Positions 17,212 through 25,748 of a DNA stretch of 40,301 nucleotides are shown in pieces; position 1 is the stretch's first letter, and every line of letters starts with the position of its first letter. The notes under the pieces were generated by a model that saw only the letters and a list, made by a program, of their open reading frames with translations, was not told the origin of the DNA and made no database searches. The position numbers were made by a program, and so were the translations under genes. This DNA is from Candidatus Polarisedimenticolia bacterium (lineage in GTDB: Bacteria; Acidobacteriota; Terriglobia; Acidiferrales; UBA7541): the NCBI GenBank assembly GCA_035576265.1, contig DATLWP010000292.1, forward strand, positions 1 through 40,301, read 5' to 3'.

Positions 17212-19152
17212 ATGAGTAAGATCATTGGCATTGACCTGGGCACGACCAACTCCGTCGTGGCCGTGATGCAGGGAGGCGAGCCAGTCGTCATCCCCAACCA
17301 GGAAGGGGCTCGGACCACGCCATCGGTCGTGGGCATCACCAAATCCGGCGAGCGCCTGGTGGGCCAGGTGGCGAAGCGGCAAGCGATTACCAACCCCGAA
17401 AACACCGTCTATTCCATCAAGCGCTTTATGGGCCGCCACTACAACGAGGTCCAGGAAGAGGCCAAGCGCGTGCCCTACAAGACCGTCAAGGGGCCCCATG
17501 ACGACGCCCGCGTCGAAATCTCCGGCAAGACCTACAGCCCTCCCGAAATTTCGGCCATGATTCTCCAAAAGTTGAAGGCCGCTGCAGAAGATTTCCTCGG
17601 TGAGAAGGTGACCAAGGCAGTCATCACGGTCCCGGCATATTTCAACGACAGTCAGCGTCAAGCCACCAAACAGGCTGGCGAAATTGCGGGCCTCGAGGTC
17701 CTGCGCATCATCAATGAGCCAACGGCAGCCGCGCTTGCCTACGGCCTGGACAAGAAAAAGGACGAGACCATCGCCGTCTACGATCTCGGCGGAGGCACCT
17801 TCGATATTTCCATCCTGGAAGTGGGCGAAGGCGTCGTCGAGGTAAAGTCCACCAATGGCGACACGCACCTCGGCGGCGACGACATTGACCAGCGCGTCGT
17901 CGACTGGATGGTGGCCGAATTCAAGCGCGACCAGGGCATCGACGTAAGCAAGGACCGCATGGCGATTCAGCGGCTCAAGGAGGCGGCCGAGAAGTCCAAG
18001 ATCGAACTTTCCCAGCTGCAGGAGACGGAGATCAACCTTCCGTTTTTGACGGCCGATGCGTCGGGACCGAAACACCTGCAGTTGAAACTGTCCCGCGCCA
18101 AGCTCGAACAATTGATGGAAGAACTGCTGCAGCGGACCGTGGGCCCCGTCAAGCAGGCCCTGAGCGATGCGGGGCTGGCGCCGGACAAAATTGACGAAGT
18201 CGTTCTGGTCGGCGGCTCGACCCGAATTCCGCGCGTCGTGGACATCGTGAAGAAGCTCTTCAACGGGAAGGAGCCCCACAAGGGCGTCAATCCGGATGAA
18301 GTGGTTGCGGTCGGCGCGGCGATTCAAGGTGGTGTGCTCGGCGGCGAAGTGAAAGACATCTTGTTGCTCGACGTGACGCCGCTTTCGCTCGGCGTTGAGA
18401 CGCTCGGCGGGGTGATGACCGTGCTGATCCCGCGCAATACCACGATCCCCACGCGCAAGTCCGAGGTTTTCTCGACCGCCGCGGACAATCAGACATCGGT
18501 TGAAATCCACGTGCTCCAAGGGGAGCGGCCGGTCGCTACCGGCAATCGATCGCTCGGGAAATTCCATCTGATTGGGATTCCTCCAGCTCCGCGAGGCATG
18601 CCGCAAATCGAGGTGACGTTCGATATCGATGCGAACGGCATTCTCAACGTCTCGGCCAAGGACTCCGCGACGAACAAGGAGCAGAAGATCACCATCACTG
18701 CCTCCACCGGCCTGAGCAAGGACGAGGCCGAGCGTATGAAGAAAGAGGCCGATTCGCACGCCGAAGAGGATAAGGCGCACCTATCGGAAGTCGAAGCTCG
18801 CAATCGGCTCGACAGCCTCGTGTATCAGACCGAGAAGCTGATCAAGGAAAACCGCGAGAAGCTCGCGGAAGCGGACGTCAAGGCAGTCGAGGAAGCCATC
18901 GAAGAATCTCGCCGCGCTCTGACTGAAGGCGGTCTCGACAGGTTGAACGCGGCTGCGGATGCTCTGACCAAGGCTTCGCACCGCGTCGCCGAATCGCTCT
19001 ACAAGGCCCAGCAGGCCGCTGGAGCGGCCGGCGGAGCAGCGGGAGCCCCAGGCGCGGGCGATGGCGGAGCCGGTGGTGCCGCTCCTTCCGGACAGGGCGA
19101 AGTGGTGGACGCTGAATTCGTGGACGTGGACGAGTCGAAGAAACCCAATTGA
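17212..19152 (+). CDS. dnaK: Molecular chaperone DnaK (Hsp70)
   Basis: [29 protein letters not shown] and [11 protein letters not shown]. Gly/Ala-rich C-terminal tail ending in EFVDVDE. Confidence 0.98.
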   Translation: MSKIIGIDLGTTNSVVAVMQGGEPVVIPNQEGARTTPSVVGITKSGERLVGQVAKRQAITNPENTVYSIKRFMGRHYNEVQEEAKRVPYKTVKGPHDDARVEISGKTYSPPEISAMILQKLKAAAEDFLGEKVTKAVITVPAYFNDSQRQATKQAGEIAGLEVLRIINEPTAAALAYGLDKKKDETIAVYDLGGGTFDISILEVGEGVVEVKSTNGDTHLGGDDIDQRVVDWMVAEFKRDQGIDVSKDRMAIQRLKEAAEKSKIELSQLQETEINLPFLTADASGPKHLQLKLSRAKLEQLMEELLQRTVGPVKQALSDAGLAPDKIDEVVLVGGSTRIPRVVDIVKKLFNGKEPHKGVNPDEVVAVGAAIQGGVLGGEVKDILLLDVTPLSLGVETLGGVMTVLIPRNTTIPTRKSEVFSTAADNQTSVEIHVLQGERPVATGNRSLGKFHLIGIPPAPRGMPQIEVTFDIDANGILNVSAKDSATNKEQKITITASTGLSKDEAERMKKEADSHAEEDKAHLSEVEARNRLDSLVYQTEKLIKENREKLAEADVKAVEEAIEESRRALTEGGLDRLNAAADALTKASHRVAESLYKAQQAAGAAGGAAGAPGAGDGGAGGAAPSGQGEVVDAEFVDVDESKKPN

Positions 19153-19168
19153 ACGCTCCTTTATCTGG

Positions 19169-19209
19169 CGCTTGCCGGAGGTGGCTTCGATTGCTGCCCC
19201 CGGCAAGCG
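19169..19209 (+). other. Stem-loop between dnaK and the next ORF
   Basis: CGCTTGCCGG (19169-19178) pairs perfectly with CCGGCAAGCG (19200-19209), with a 21-nt loop. No U-tract follows, so it is more likely a processing, stability or attenuation element than a terminator. Confidence 0.35.
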
Positions 19210-19259
19210 GCGTCTGCTAGGACAAGAGAGCCTTACAACAGCTTTCCAGGGAGAACGCG

Positions 19260-19637
19260 TTGACGACCAGCGGCATCCGGCGGGTCGGCCCGCCTCAAGC
19301 AGTGCAGAAGGTGCGCGACAATCTCTATCTCGTCCAGGTCTCGATCACGGAATCGCCCTCCGGCGACTGGCGGCGTCTGTTTTACGATGCGCAGCGGGAT
19401 GTCCCCCCGGATTTTGCGCCGCGATCGGTTGAGATCACGGGAACATTTCTGAGGTTTAAGTCCGATCCGGCGAGCGTCGAGCAAAAGATCGCGCTGCTCG
19501 ACCGATGGATGGAAAGGGCCAGCCAAAAGGAAGCTGCCGTCGGCGGGCGCTCGGAGGGCCAGCGGCAGAAGAAAGAAGAGCTTGCGCGCGAGGCGCAAGA
19601 AATCGCCGAATGGAACGCGCGCTGGGCCAAGCTCTAA
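19260..19637 (+). CDS. Hypothetical protein (125 aa) in the position normally held by grpE
   Basis: TTG start 5 nt after GGGAGA. The composition looks protein-like (beta-rich N-terminal half, charged helical C-terminal half EAAVGGRSEGQRQKKEELAREAQEIAEWNARWAKL). I recognise no family, and it is not GrpE-like. Confidence 0.5.
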   Translation: MTTSGIRRVGPPQAVQKVRDNLYLVQVSITESPSGDWRRLFYDAQRDVPPDFAPRSVEITGTFLRFKSDPASVEQKIALLDRWMERASQKEAAVGGRSEGQRQKKEELAREAQEIAEWNARWAKL

Positions 19638-19742
19638 CGCGCCCGAGATGTTCTTGCTGCGGCGGCCTTCAGGCCGGCGGATTTCGATTCGTTTCAAGCA
19701 AGCGCCCGCCTGAATACGGCCGTCACGCAATATACGGCTGAC

Positions 19743-20906
19743 ATGCCAACGACAACCAAGCAGGACTATTACGAGCTGCTGGGAGTTCCGCGAAAGGCCT
19801 CCGTAAAGGATATCCGCGCGGCCTATCGCAAACTTGCGCGCAAATACCACCCAGACTTGAATCCCGGCGACAAATCCGCTGAGGAAAAATTCAAACAGAT
19901 CCAGGAAGCCTACGAAGTTCTTTCCGACTCAAAAAAGCGCCAGATGTATGACCAATTCGGGTTCAACGTGCCGGGACCCGCTGGCGGGCCTCCTCCGGGA
20001 GCGGGCTACCCCGGCGCGGCACCGGGCGACATCCATTTCGACTTCGGCGGATTCGATTTCGGCGGAGCTGCCGGAGGCGGTGCTACCAGTTTTCGCGATC
20101 TGTTCAGCCAATTCTTCCGCGGCGCCACTGCGGCACGGGCCGGACAGGAGCGCGAGCCGGGCACCGACCTCGAATATCAGATCGACATCACCTTTGCCGA
20201 GGCAATGCGCGGCACGGTGAAAAAGCTGAGCTTCACGCGGCTCGATGTATGCCAGGTTTGCCGCGGCGCGGGCGCAGCGCCAGGGGATGAAAAAGTCTGT
20301 CCCGCCTGCGGCGGTTCCGGCCAGGTGACGCAGCTCAGCGGCAAGATGCGCTTTCAGATCACCTGCTCGCGGTGCGGTGGCCGCGGCAGAATGCATACGC
20401 TCTGTCGGAATTGCGGCGGCGAGGGACGCGTGCGGCGCGTCGACACGCTCGACGTGCGCATTCCGCCGGGCGCCCAGACCGGATCGCGCGTGCGCGTTGC
20501 CGGTCGCGGCAACGCCGGCATGCACGGGGGACCTCCCGGCGATCTTTACATCGTCATGCAGGTTCAGCCGCACCCGTTCTTCGACCGCCGCGGCGACGAT
20601 CTCTACACCGTCGTGCCCGTGACCATCACCGAAGCCTCGCTCGGCGCGAAGGTCGACGTTCCGACCATCGACGGTCGCGCTCAGGTGCGCATTCCGCCCG
20701 GCACGAACAGCGGGAAAAGGCTCCGCCTGCGCGAGAAGGGTGCGCCCTCGGCGCGCCACCCCGGTAGGCGCGGCGACCAAATCGTCGAGGTTCAAGTGGT
20801 CGTGCCCAAGCCGGAGGACGAACGGGTGCGCAACCTCCTGCGCGAACTCGGCAAACTCGACCATGAAGACCCGCGCGCGGAGATCTTCTCCCGCGCGGTC
20901 ATGTAA
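19743..20906 (+). CDS. dnaJ: Molecular chaperone DnaJ (Hsp40)
   Basis: J-domain DYYELLGV...HPD. G/F-rich linker. Four CxxCxGxG zinc-finger repeats ([32 protein letters not shown]). Confidence 0.96.
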   Translation: MPTTTKQDYYELLGVPRKASVKDIRAAYRKLARKYHPDLNPGDKSAEEKFKQIQEAYEVLSDSKKRQMYDQFGFNVPGPAGGPPPGAGYPGAAPGDIHFDFGGFDFGGAAGGGATSFRDLFSQFFRGATAARAGQEREPGTDLEYQIDITFAEAMRGTVKKLSFTRLDVCQVCRGAGAAPGDEKVCPACGGSGQVTQLSGKMRFQITCSRCGGRGRMHTLCRNCGGEGRVRRVDTLDVRIPPGAQTGSRVRVAGRGNAGMHGGPPGDLYIVMQVQPHPFFDRRGDDLYTVVPVTITEASLGAKVDVPTIDGRAQVRIPPGTNSGKRLRLREKGAPSARHPGRRGDQIVEVQVVVPKPEDERVRNLLRELGKLDHEDPRAEIFSRAVM

Positions 20907-20916
20907 GGAGATGCCG

Positions 20917-21315
20917 ATGGCAGCGCGGCCCAGGAAAAAAGCGAAAGCCGGCTACATGATCAGCTCCGTCGCCGAGCTCTATCAGCTTCATCCCCAGACG
21001 TTGCGCCTTTACGAGCGGGTCGGCCTGCTGAAGCCGTCGCGCTCGCAGGGCAATACGCGCCTTTACACGGATGCGGATCTCGAACGCCTCGAAGTGATCC
21101 TCAATCTCACCCGCGAACTGGGCGTCAATCTCGCCGGCATTGAAATCATCCTCAACATGCGCGACAAGATGGCCGAAATGCAGTCGGAGATGGAAGCGTT
21201 CATCAAGTTCGTTCGCAACGAAGTGGCGCGTAATCTCACCGCCGAAGACGAGCGCCGCGTCCGCAACGCCATCGTCCGCGCCGCCCCGCGGCATGCCATC
21301 CGTGTGGAGAAATAA
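20917..21315 (+). CDS. hspR: MerR-family heat-shock repressor HspR
   Basis: The sequence YMISSVAELYQLHPQTLRLYERVGLLKPSRSQGNTRLYTDADLERLEVILNLTRELGVNLAGIEIIL is a MerR HTH of the HspR type. The gene lies directly after dnaJ. AAGGAG is at 20905-20910. ATG 20917 gives 6-nt spacing, and ATG 20911 is an alternative. Confidence 0.8.
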   Translation: MAARPRKKAKAGYMISSVAELYQLHPQTLRLYERVGLLKPSRSQGNTRLYTDADLERLEVILNLTRELGVNLAGIEIILNMRDKMAEMQSEMEAFIKFVRNEVARNLTAEDERRVRNAIVRAAPRHAIRVEK

Positions 21316-21402
21316 CGCGGGGCGCGGAAGTTCTCCCCCAGTGGGGTGCGCGTCACCTGAAGAAAGGGAGCTGCCTTCGAGGCCGGTGGAGGTCCCTTGG
21401 GG

Positions 21403-21681
21403 TTAGTCGGTTTCCGCTGTGGTGGGATCGATCATGGTCTTGATCTCTGAAATGCGATTGGCGGGAAACCCGCCTAGGCGTGCGTGCTCGCGCACACTTT
21501 CTTCGTCTGGGGCTATGTAAACGCAGTAGATTTTGTCGCCGGTAACGTAGCTCTCGACCCACTGCACCAAAGGGCCCATATTGCGCAGAACGGAACAGGA
21601 TTTCTGCGACATCGCCCGGAGTTGCTGCGGATGCAACGAGCCGGCGCCGGGGACTTCTCTTTCAATCAGGAACTTGGGCAT
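21403..21681 (-). CDS. DUF4242-like small protein
   Basis: MPKFLIEREVPGAG...DKIYCVYIAPDEESVREHARLGGFPANRISEI matches my memory of the DUF4242 family. The start is set at the internal ATG 21681. Confidence 0.6.
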   Translation of the reverse strand: MPKFLIEREVPGAGSLHPQQLRAMSQKSCSVLRNMGPLVQWVESYVTGDKIYCVYIAPDEESVREHARLGGFPANRISEIKTMIDPTTAETD

Positions 21682-21834
21682 GATGCCCTCCGCGTCGAAA
21701 TTATGGCGAGTATATACCGCGTCCCCGCGTCTCGCAACGGGGTGGCGGAAGCAGCGCCAGTTTTCACAAGCCGCAAGGATTTGCACAGACCGAGTCCGCT
21801 TGCGCTCGCCCGGCGCCGCGCTTATGCTTCCAAC

Positions 21835-22704
21835 ATGGCGCAAACGGACTGTCCCATCTGCCAGGGCAGCGGCTGGAAGGTTGTCGAGCGCACCACCGCA
21901 GGCGCGCAAGCTCTTTCTACAGACCGGCCCGGCACCGGCGCATCGGGCGAACCCAAGTTAGTTTGGGCTGTGCCGTGCGATTGCACGGCGGGCGATCGTA
22001 CCGACAAGCTGCTTGCGAAGGCCCGCGTACCGGAACGCTATCGTCATTGCGATTTCGACAATTTCGAGACGGACAACGAAATCGAAAACGCTTCTCGCGA
22101 CCAGCTTCAGACCTGGAATCGCAGCCTCGCCCAGGCCAAGCTGCTGGTCGAGCGCTTCGCCGAGGAATTCCCCGTCGGCAGCGAGCACGGCCTGCTGCTG
22201 ATGGGTCCTTGCGGCGTGGGCAAGACGCACCTCGCCGTGGCGGCGCTCAAGAAGATCGTCCTGCGCGGCCACGCCGGGCTTTTTTACGATTACCGCGAAT
22301 TGCTTAAGGAAATCCAGGGCAGCTACAACGCCGAAAGCCAGTCCACCGAGATGGGTGTGCTCGACCCAGTGCTCAAGGCCGAAATCCTAGTGCTCGACGA
22401 TGTCGGCTCGAGCAAGCCGTCCCTCTGGGCGCTCGAAACTGTCGGCCACATCTTGAACACGCGCTACAACGAAAGGCGCGTCACCCTCCTGACCACCAAT
22501 TTCCTGGATGCCGAAGCGAATCCTGCCTCTCCTTCCGCGCCGCCGCGCGTGGCCGGTCAGCGCGTCCCCGCCATCGAGGATTCCCTCACGGACCGCGTCG
22601 GCAAGCGCATCCGCTCGCGGCTCTACGAGATGTGCCGCACCGTGGAAGTTTTTGCGTCCGATTACCGCAAGGAGATCCGCAACATCAGCCGTTTCCGCGC
22701 CTAA
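21835..22704 (+). CDS. DnaC/IstB-like AAA+ ATPase with N-terminal Cys-rich (zinc-ribbon-like) segment
   Basis: Walker A GPCGVGKTHLA and Walker B ILVLDDVG. TTNF sensor region and the RYRHCDFDNFE helper motif typical of DnaC/DnaI-like loaders. N-terminus carries CPICQGSGW...CDC. The start is set at ATG 21835. Confidence 0.8.
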   Translation: MAQTDCPICQGSGWKVVERTTAGAQALSTDRPGTGASGEPKLVWAVPCDCTAGDRTDKLLAKARVPERYRHCDFDNFETDNEIENASRDQLQTWNRSLAQAKLLVERFAEEFPVGSEHGLLLMGPCGVGKTHLAVAALKKIVLRGHAGLFYDYRELLKEIQGSYNAESQSTEMGVLDPVLKAEILVLDDVGSSKPSLWALETVGHILNTRYNERRVTLLTTNFLDAEANPASPSAPPRVAGQRVPAIEDSLTDRVGKRIRSRLYEMCRTVEVFASDYRKEIRNISRFRA

Positions 22705-22802
22705 TACCCCGCGTTTTTCCTGGTGCTGCTTCCGCGTCCGGCGCCGCTGTGACTTTTGTCATTTGCCACAACCGCGTCCCGAGGCGTACAATGGCCGCGA
22801 AG

Positions 22803-22943
22803 TCTCCGACCTCCGGGTCCTAAAGGAGAGAAATCCCACGGACCCGAGGCGATGCCCGCATGAACTTGCGCGATATGGCGCGAGGCCATGTGGGCTGAGG
22901 GTTCGGGTGGAAACGCCCGCTCCTCCCATGCTTGGAAAGGAGA
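22803..22943 (+). promoter_or_regulatory. Candidate molybdenum-cofactor (Moco) riboswitch aptamer
   Basis: 5' TCTCCGAC (22803-22810) and 3' GGAAAGGAGA (22934-22943) resemble the conserved CUCCGAG / GGAAAGGAG ends of the Moco motif and can pair (TCTCC/GGAGA) as P1. Internal hairpins: CCTCCGGGTCC/GGACCCGAGG (22810-22849), GCCCGCATG/CATGTGGGC (22853-22895) and CGGGT/GCCCG around a GGAAAC loop. The element lies upstream of moaA, the classic context. Confidence 0.5.
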
Positions 22944-22976
22944 ATGTCCGGTATGCGGAAGCGCGCCGGATGCGTC

Positions 22977-23016
22977 GCCCAAGTCCAAGCATGGATTTGG
23001 GCGTTTTCGTTTTCGG
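22977..23016 (+). terminator. Intrinsic terminator/attenuator in the moaA leader
   Basis: GCCCAAGTCCA (22977-22987), loop AGCA, TGGATTTGGGC (22992-23002): an 11-bp stem including one G-U pair. It is followed by GTTTTCGTTTTCGG. The element lies 16-55 nt upstream of the moaA ATG. Confidence 0.6.
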
Positions 23017-23031
23017 AGTCAAACGAAGCGC

Positions 23032-24012
23032 ATGCTGCTCGCTGACAAATTCGGCCGCCAGATCACCGACCTGCGCGTTTCGGTCACCGACCGCTGCAAT
23101 TTCCGCTGCGTCTATTGCCGCTCGGCCAACCCGGAAAACCACATGCCCTCCCGCGAGATGCTCGAGTGGGAGGAATACGAGCGGCTCGTGCGGATTCTAG
23201 TCGGCATGGGCATCCGTAAGGTGCGAGTCACCGGCGGCGAACCGCTCGTTCGCCCCGGCGTCGAGGATTTCATCGCCCATCTGAAGGCGCTCGGCGTCCA
23301 GGATGTCTCGATGACCACCAACTCCTATCTCCTCGCGGAGCACTGCGATCGCCTCGTCGCCGCCGGCATGAACCGCATCAATATCAGCCTGGATTCGCTC
23401 GACCGCAGGAAGTTCGAGCGCATCACCCGCACTCGCACCTTCGATCAAGTCATCGCCGGCATCGACGCGGCCCAGGCTTCGCCGCTGCGCCCGGTGAAGG
23501 TCAACGCCGTGCTTGTCCGCGGCCTCAACGACGATGAGGTCGAGGCCTTCGCCGCCTTCGCGCGCGACCGCGATCTCATCATGCGCTTCATCGAATTCAT
23601 GCCCCTCGACGCCGACCGCACCTGGACACGCGACATGGTCGTCACCGGTGCGGAAGTCTATGCGCGGATTTCGGCACGCTGGCCCCTCGTGCCCGTCGCG
23701 CACGAACGCAGCGAAACCGCCCGCAAATACCGCTTCGCCGACGGCCGTGGCGAAATCGGACTGATCTCTCCCGTCTCGCAGCCCTTCTGTGGATTCTGCT
23801 CGCGCATCCGGCTCACCGCCGATGGGAAGCTCCGCACCTGTCTTTTCAGCAAGGAGGACCACGATCTGAAGCCGTTCCTGCGCGGCGGCGCGACCGACCG
23901 GGAAATCGGCGACGAGGTTCTTTCTATCGTCGAGGGAAAGGAGAAAGGGCATCGCATCAACGAGCCGGACTTTGTGCCGCCATCGCGCACGATGGTTTCG
24001 ATCGGCGGCTGA
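23032..24012 (+). CDS. moaA: GTP 3',8-cyclase MoaA (radical SAM, Moco biosynthesis)
   Basis: DLRVSVTDRCNFRCVYC (CX3CX2C), GGEPLVR, and the C-terminal cluster FCGFCSRIRLTADGKLRTCLF. The start is set at ATG 23032 (MLLADKFGRQITDLR). Confidence 0.92.
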   Translation: MLLADKFGRQITDLRVSVTDRCNFRCVYCRSANPENHMPSREMLEWEEYERLVRILVGMGIRKVRVTGGEPLVRPGVEDFIAHLKALGVQDVSMTTNSYLLAEHCDRLVAAGMNRINISLDSLDRRKFERITRTRTFDQVIAGIDAAQASPLRPVKVNAVLVRGLNDDEVEAFAAFARDRDLIMRFIEFMPLDADRTWTRDMVVTGAEVYARISARWPLVPVAHERSETARKYRFADGRGEIGLISPVSQPFCGFCSRIRLTADGKLRTCLFSKEDHDLKPFLRGGATDREIGDEVLSIVEGKEKGHRINEPDFVPPSRTMVSIGG

Positions 24013-24179
24013 CGTGGGGGGGCTGGCTGCAGCCGGGCGCCCCAACGGCGGCACCCTCGGCTAAAATCGAATTGTCGGACGGGCGTGGTTTTCTAGATCC
24101 CGCGCACCGTAGCGGGCGGTCTGGCAAGGGCCGGTCCGCCTTGTGTGAACCGGCCGGCGCTGCTTGGGAGTCAGTTGAA

Positions 24180-24626
24180 ATGCCGCAAGAGGAATCCAAA
24201 TTTTTCTCGCTGCAGGAGGCGGAACGCCTGCGCGCGCAGGTCGAGCCGATTCTGATCGACGCGATCGAGTCGCGCCGCAAATTCGCTGAATTGGACGAAC
24301 AGCTCGACACGCTCGCCGAACGCATTCAGCGCTCCGGGGGCCTTCTCGTCTCCTACGAAAACGCTGCGCGGACCCGCCTCGAGCGCAATCGCCTCGAAGC
24401 AGCCATCCGGGCGGCCCTCGAAGAGATCCATTCGACCGGCTGCATCGTCAAGGATCTCGAGGTCGGCTTGCTCGATTTTCCTTCGCGCATCCAAGGCGAA
24501 GAGGTTTATCTTTGCTGGCGGCTCGGCGAGGACCGCATTCGCTTCTACCACCGCCAGGACGAGGGCTTCGCCGGACGCAAGCCGATCGATCCCCGCGACG
24601 CCGGCTACAGCAATCCCATCCAGTAG
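24180..24626 (+). CDS. DUF2203-like protein
   Basis: FSLQEAERLRAQVEPIL..., GCIVKDLEVGLLDFPS and GEEVYLCWRLGEDRIRFYHRQDEGFAGRKPI match my memory of DUF2203. The start is set at ATG 24180. Confidence 0.62.
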   Translation: MPQEESKFFSLQEAERLRAQVEPILIDAIESRRKFAELDEQLDTLAERIQRSGGLLVSYENAARTRLERNRLEAAIRAALEEIHSTGCIVKDLEVGLLDFPSRIQGEEVYLCWRLGEDRIRFYHRQDEGFAGRKPIDPRDAGYSNPIQ

Positions 24627-24651
24627 CGTTCCCCCGGCACGCGAAACGTCA

Positions 24652-24679
24652 TTGACTTCCGCGCAAGGAGATGTACTAT
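24652..24679 (+). promoter_or_regulatory. Sigma70-type promoter candidate
   Basis: TTGACT (24652-24657), 16-nt spacer, TACTAT (24674-24679). It lies about 22 nt upstream of ATG 24702, giving a very short leader with no obvious SD. Confidence 0.45.
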
Positions 24680-24701
24680 CCCGGCCCAGAGATTTCTTCA
24701 C

Positions 24702-25187
24702 ATGCTTCTGCATCTGGGCGAGTGGCTCGAGCACAACTCGTGGATCGTCGCGATCAATAGCTCGGTCGTGCTCTCGGCCATTCTCGAGGTAGCTCATTAC
24801 GCCGGCTTTTTCCTGCTGGTCGGGAGTATTGCAATCGTGGACTTGCGCGTTCTAGGTGTTGCCGCGCGCCGTCAAACGGCCACCTCAGTGGCCGAGCAGC
24901 TTTTCCCGTGGATGTGGACGGGGTTCGCCTCGGCGTTTCTGTCCGGTTTCATCATGTTCGCGGGCGACGCCACGGATTTTTCCGGCGCCTGGATCTTTTG
25001 CGTGAAGATGCTCGTGGTCTTGCTGGCGCTCGCGGCAGGCATTGTCGTGCAACGCAGCGTGCCTAAATGGGATCGCGCACCGTCGATGCCCATCAGTGCC
25101 AGACTGATGGCCTTCGTTTCGCTGGCTTTGTGGATCGGCGCAATCCTGATCGCTGTGGAAGTTCCGGCTATTTCAGGTGTCGGGTAG
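24702..25187 (+). CDS. Small integral membrane protein, unknown function (paralog 1)
   Basis: 161 aa with about 4 TM segments. Conserved block VDLRVLGV..R.Q is shared with the next ORF. Confidence 0.6.
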   Translation: MLLHLGEWLEHNSWIVAINSSVVLSAILEVAHYAGFFLLVGSIAIVDLRVLGVAARRQTATSVAEQLFPWMWTGFASAFLSGFIMFAGDATDFSGAWIFCVKMLVVLLALAAGIVVQRSVPKWDRAPSMPISARLMAFVSLALWIGAILIAVEVPAISGVG

Positions 25188-25244
25188 CTGTCTGGTGTCG
25201 AGCTCACCAGAGCACTGCCACATAAACGTAAAAGGTCGGCAAGC

Positions 25245-25748
25245 GTGAACGATCTCGTGATGGCTTTCGCCAAATGGCTCCAGGGCACGCACTGGGCCGT
25301 GTCGATCAGCGGCTCCGATTGGGCCTATCCTTATGTGCAGTGGACCCACTTTTCCGGCCTGTCGTTGTGGCTGGGAACGAATCTGGCTGTTGATTTGCGC
25401 CTCCTGGGCGTGGGCCGGAAACGCCAATCCGCCGCGCAACTGTCGGACGCGCTGTTTGCCTGGAACTGGATCGGATTTGCCGTCGCCGTCTGCGGGGGAT
25501 TCATGCTGTTCGCGTGCTCGGCCACAAACTATGTCCCTAATCCCGCATTCCAACTCAAGCTCGGCATCCTGATTCCGCTGGCGCTGATTCTGCATATCGT
25601 AGTCCAGCGAAAGACGCGCGCGTGGAGCGAGACGACAAACACGCCGACGATCGCCAGACTCGCAGGCCTGATCGAGCTGCTGCTGTGGCTCTGCGTCGTC
25701 ACAGCTGCTGTGTCGATCCCGAACTACGACGTGCGTTTGCCAAGATGA
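25245..25748 (+). CDS. Small integral membrane protein, unknown function (paralog 2)
   Basis: 167 aa with the same topology and the shared block AVDLRLLGVGRKRQ. GTG start at 25245 (alternative ATG 25260). Its stop overlaps the next gene's ATG (ATGA at 25745-25748). Confidence 0.6.
   Translation: MNDLVMAFAKWLQGTHWAVSISGSDWAYPYVQWTHFSGLSLWLGTNLAVDLRLLGVGRKRQSAAQLSDALFAWNWIGFAVAVCGGFMLFACSATNYVPNPAFQLKLGILIPLALILHIVVQRKTRAWSETTNTPTIARLAGLIELLLWLCVVTAAVSIPNYDVRLPR

Noticed and set aside
17098-18780. 560-aa minus-strand ORF antisense to dnaK
   Set aside because: Long open antisense frames opposite Hsp70 genes are a well-known artefact. Its composition is Arg/Gly/Leu/Asp-rich without motifs, and dnaK on the plus strand is unambiguous.
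21835-22704. IS21-type mobile element (IstB-like ATPase)
   Set aside because: There is no IstA transposase ORF on either side, no terminal inverted repeats and no target duplication visible. The flanking genes are ordinary chromosomal genes.
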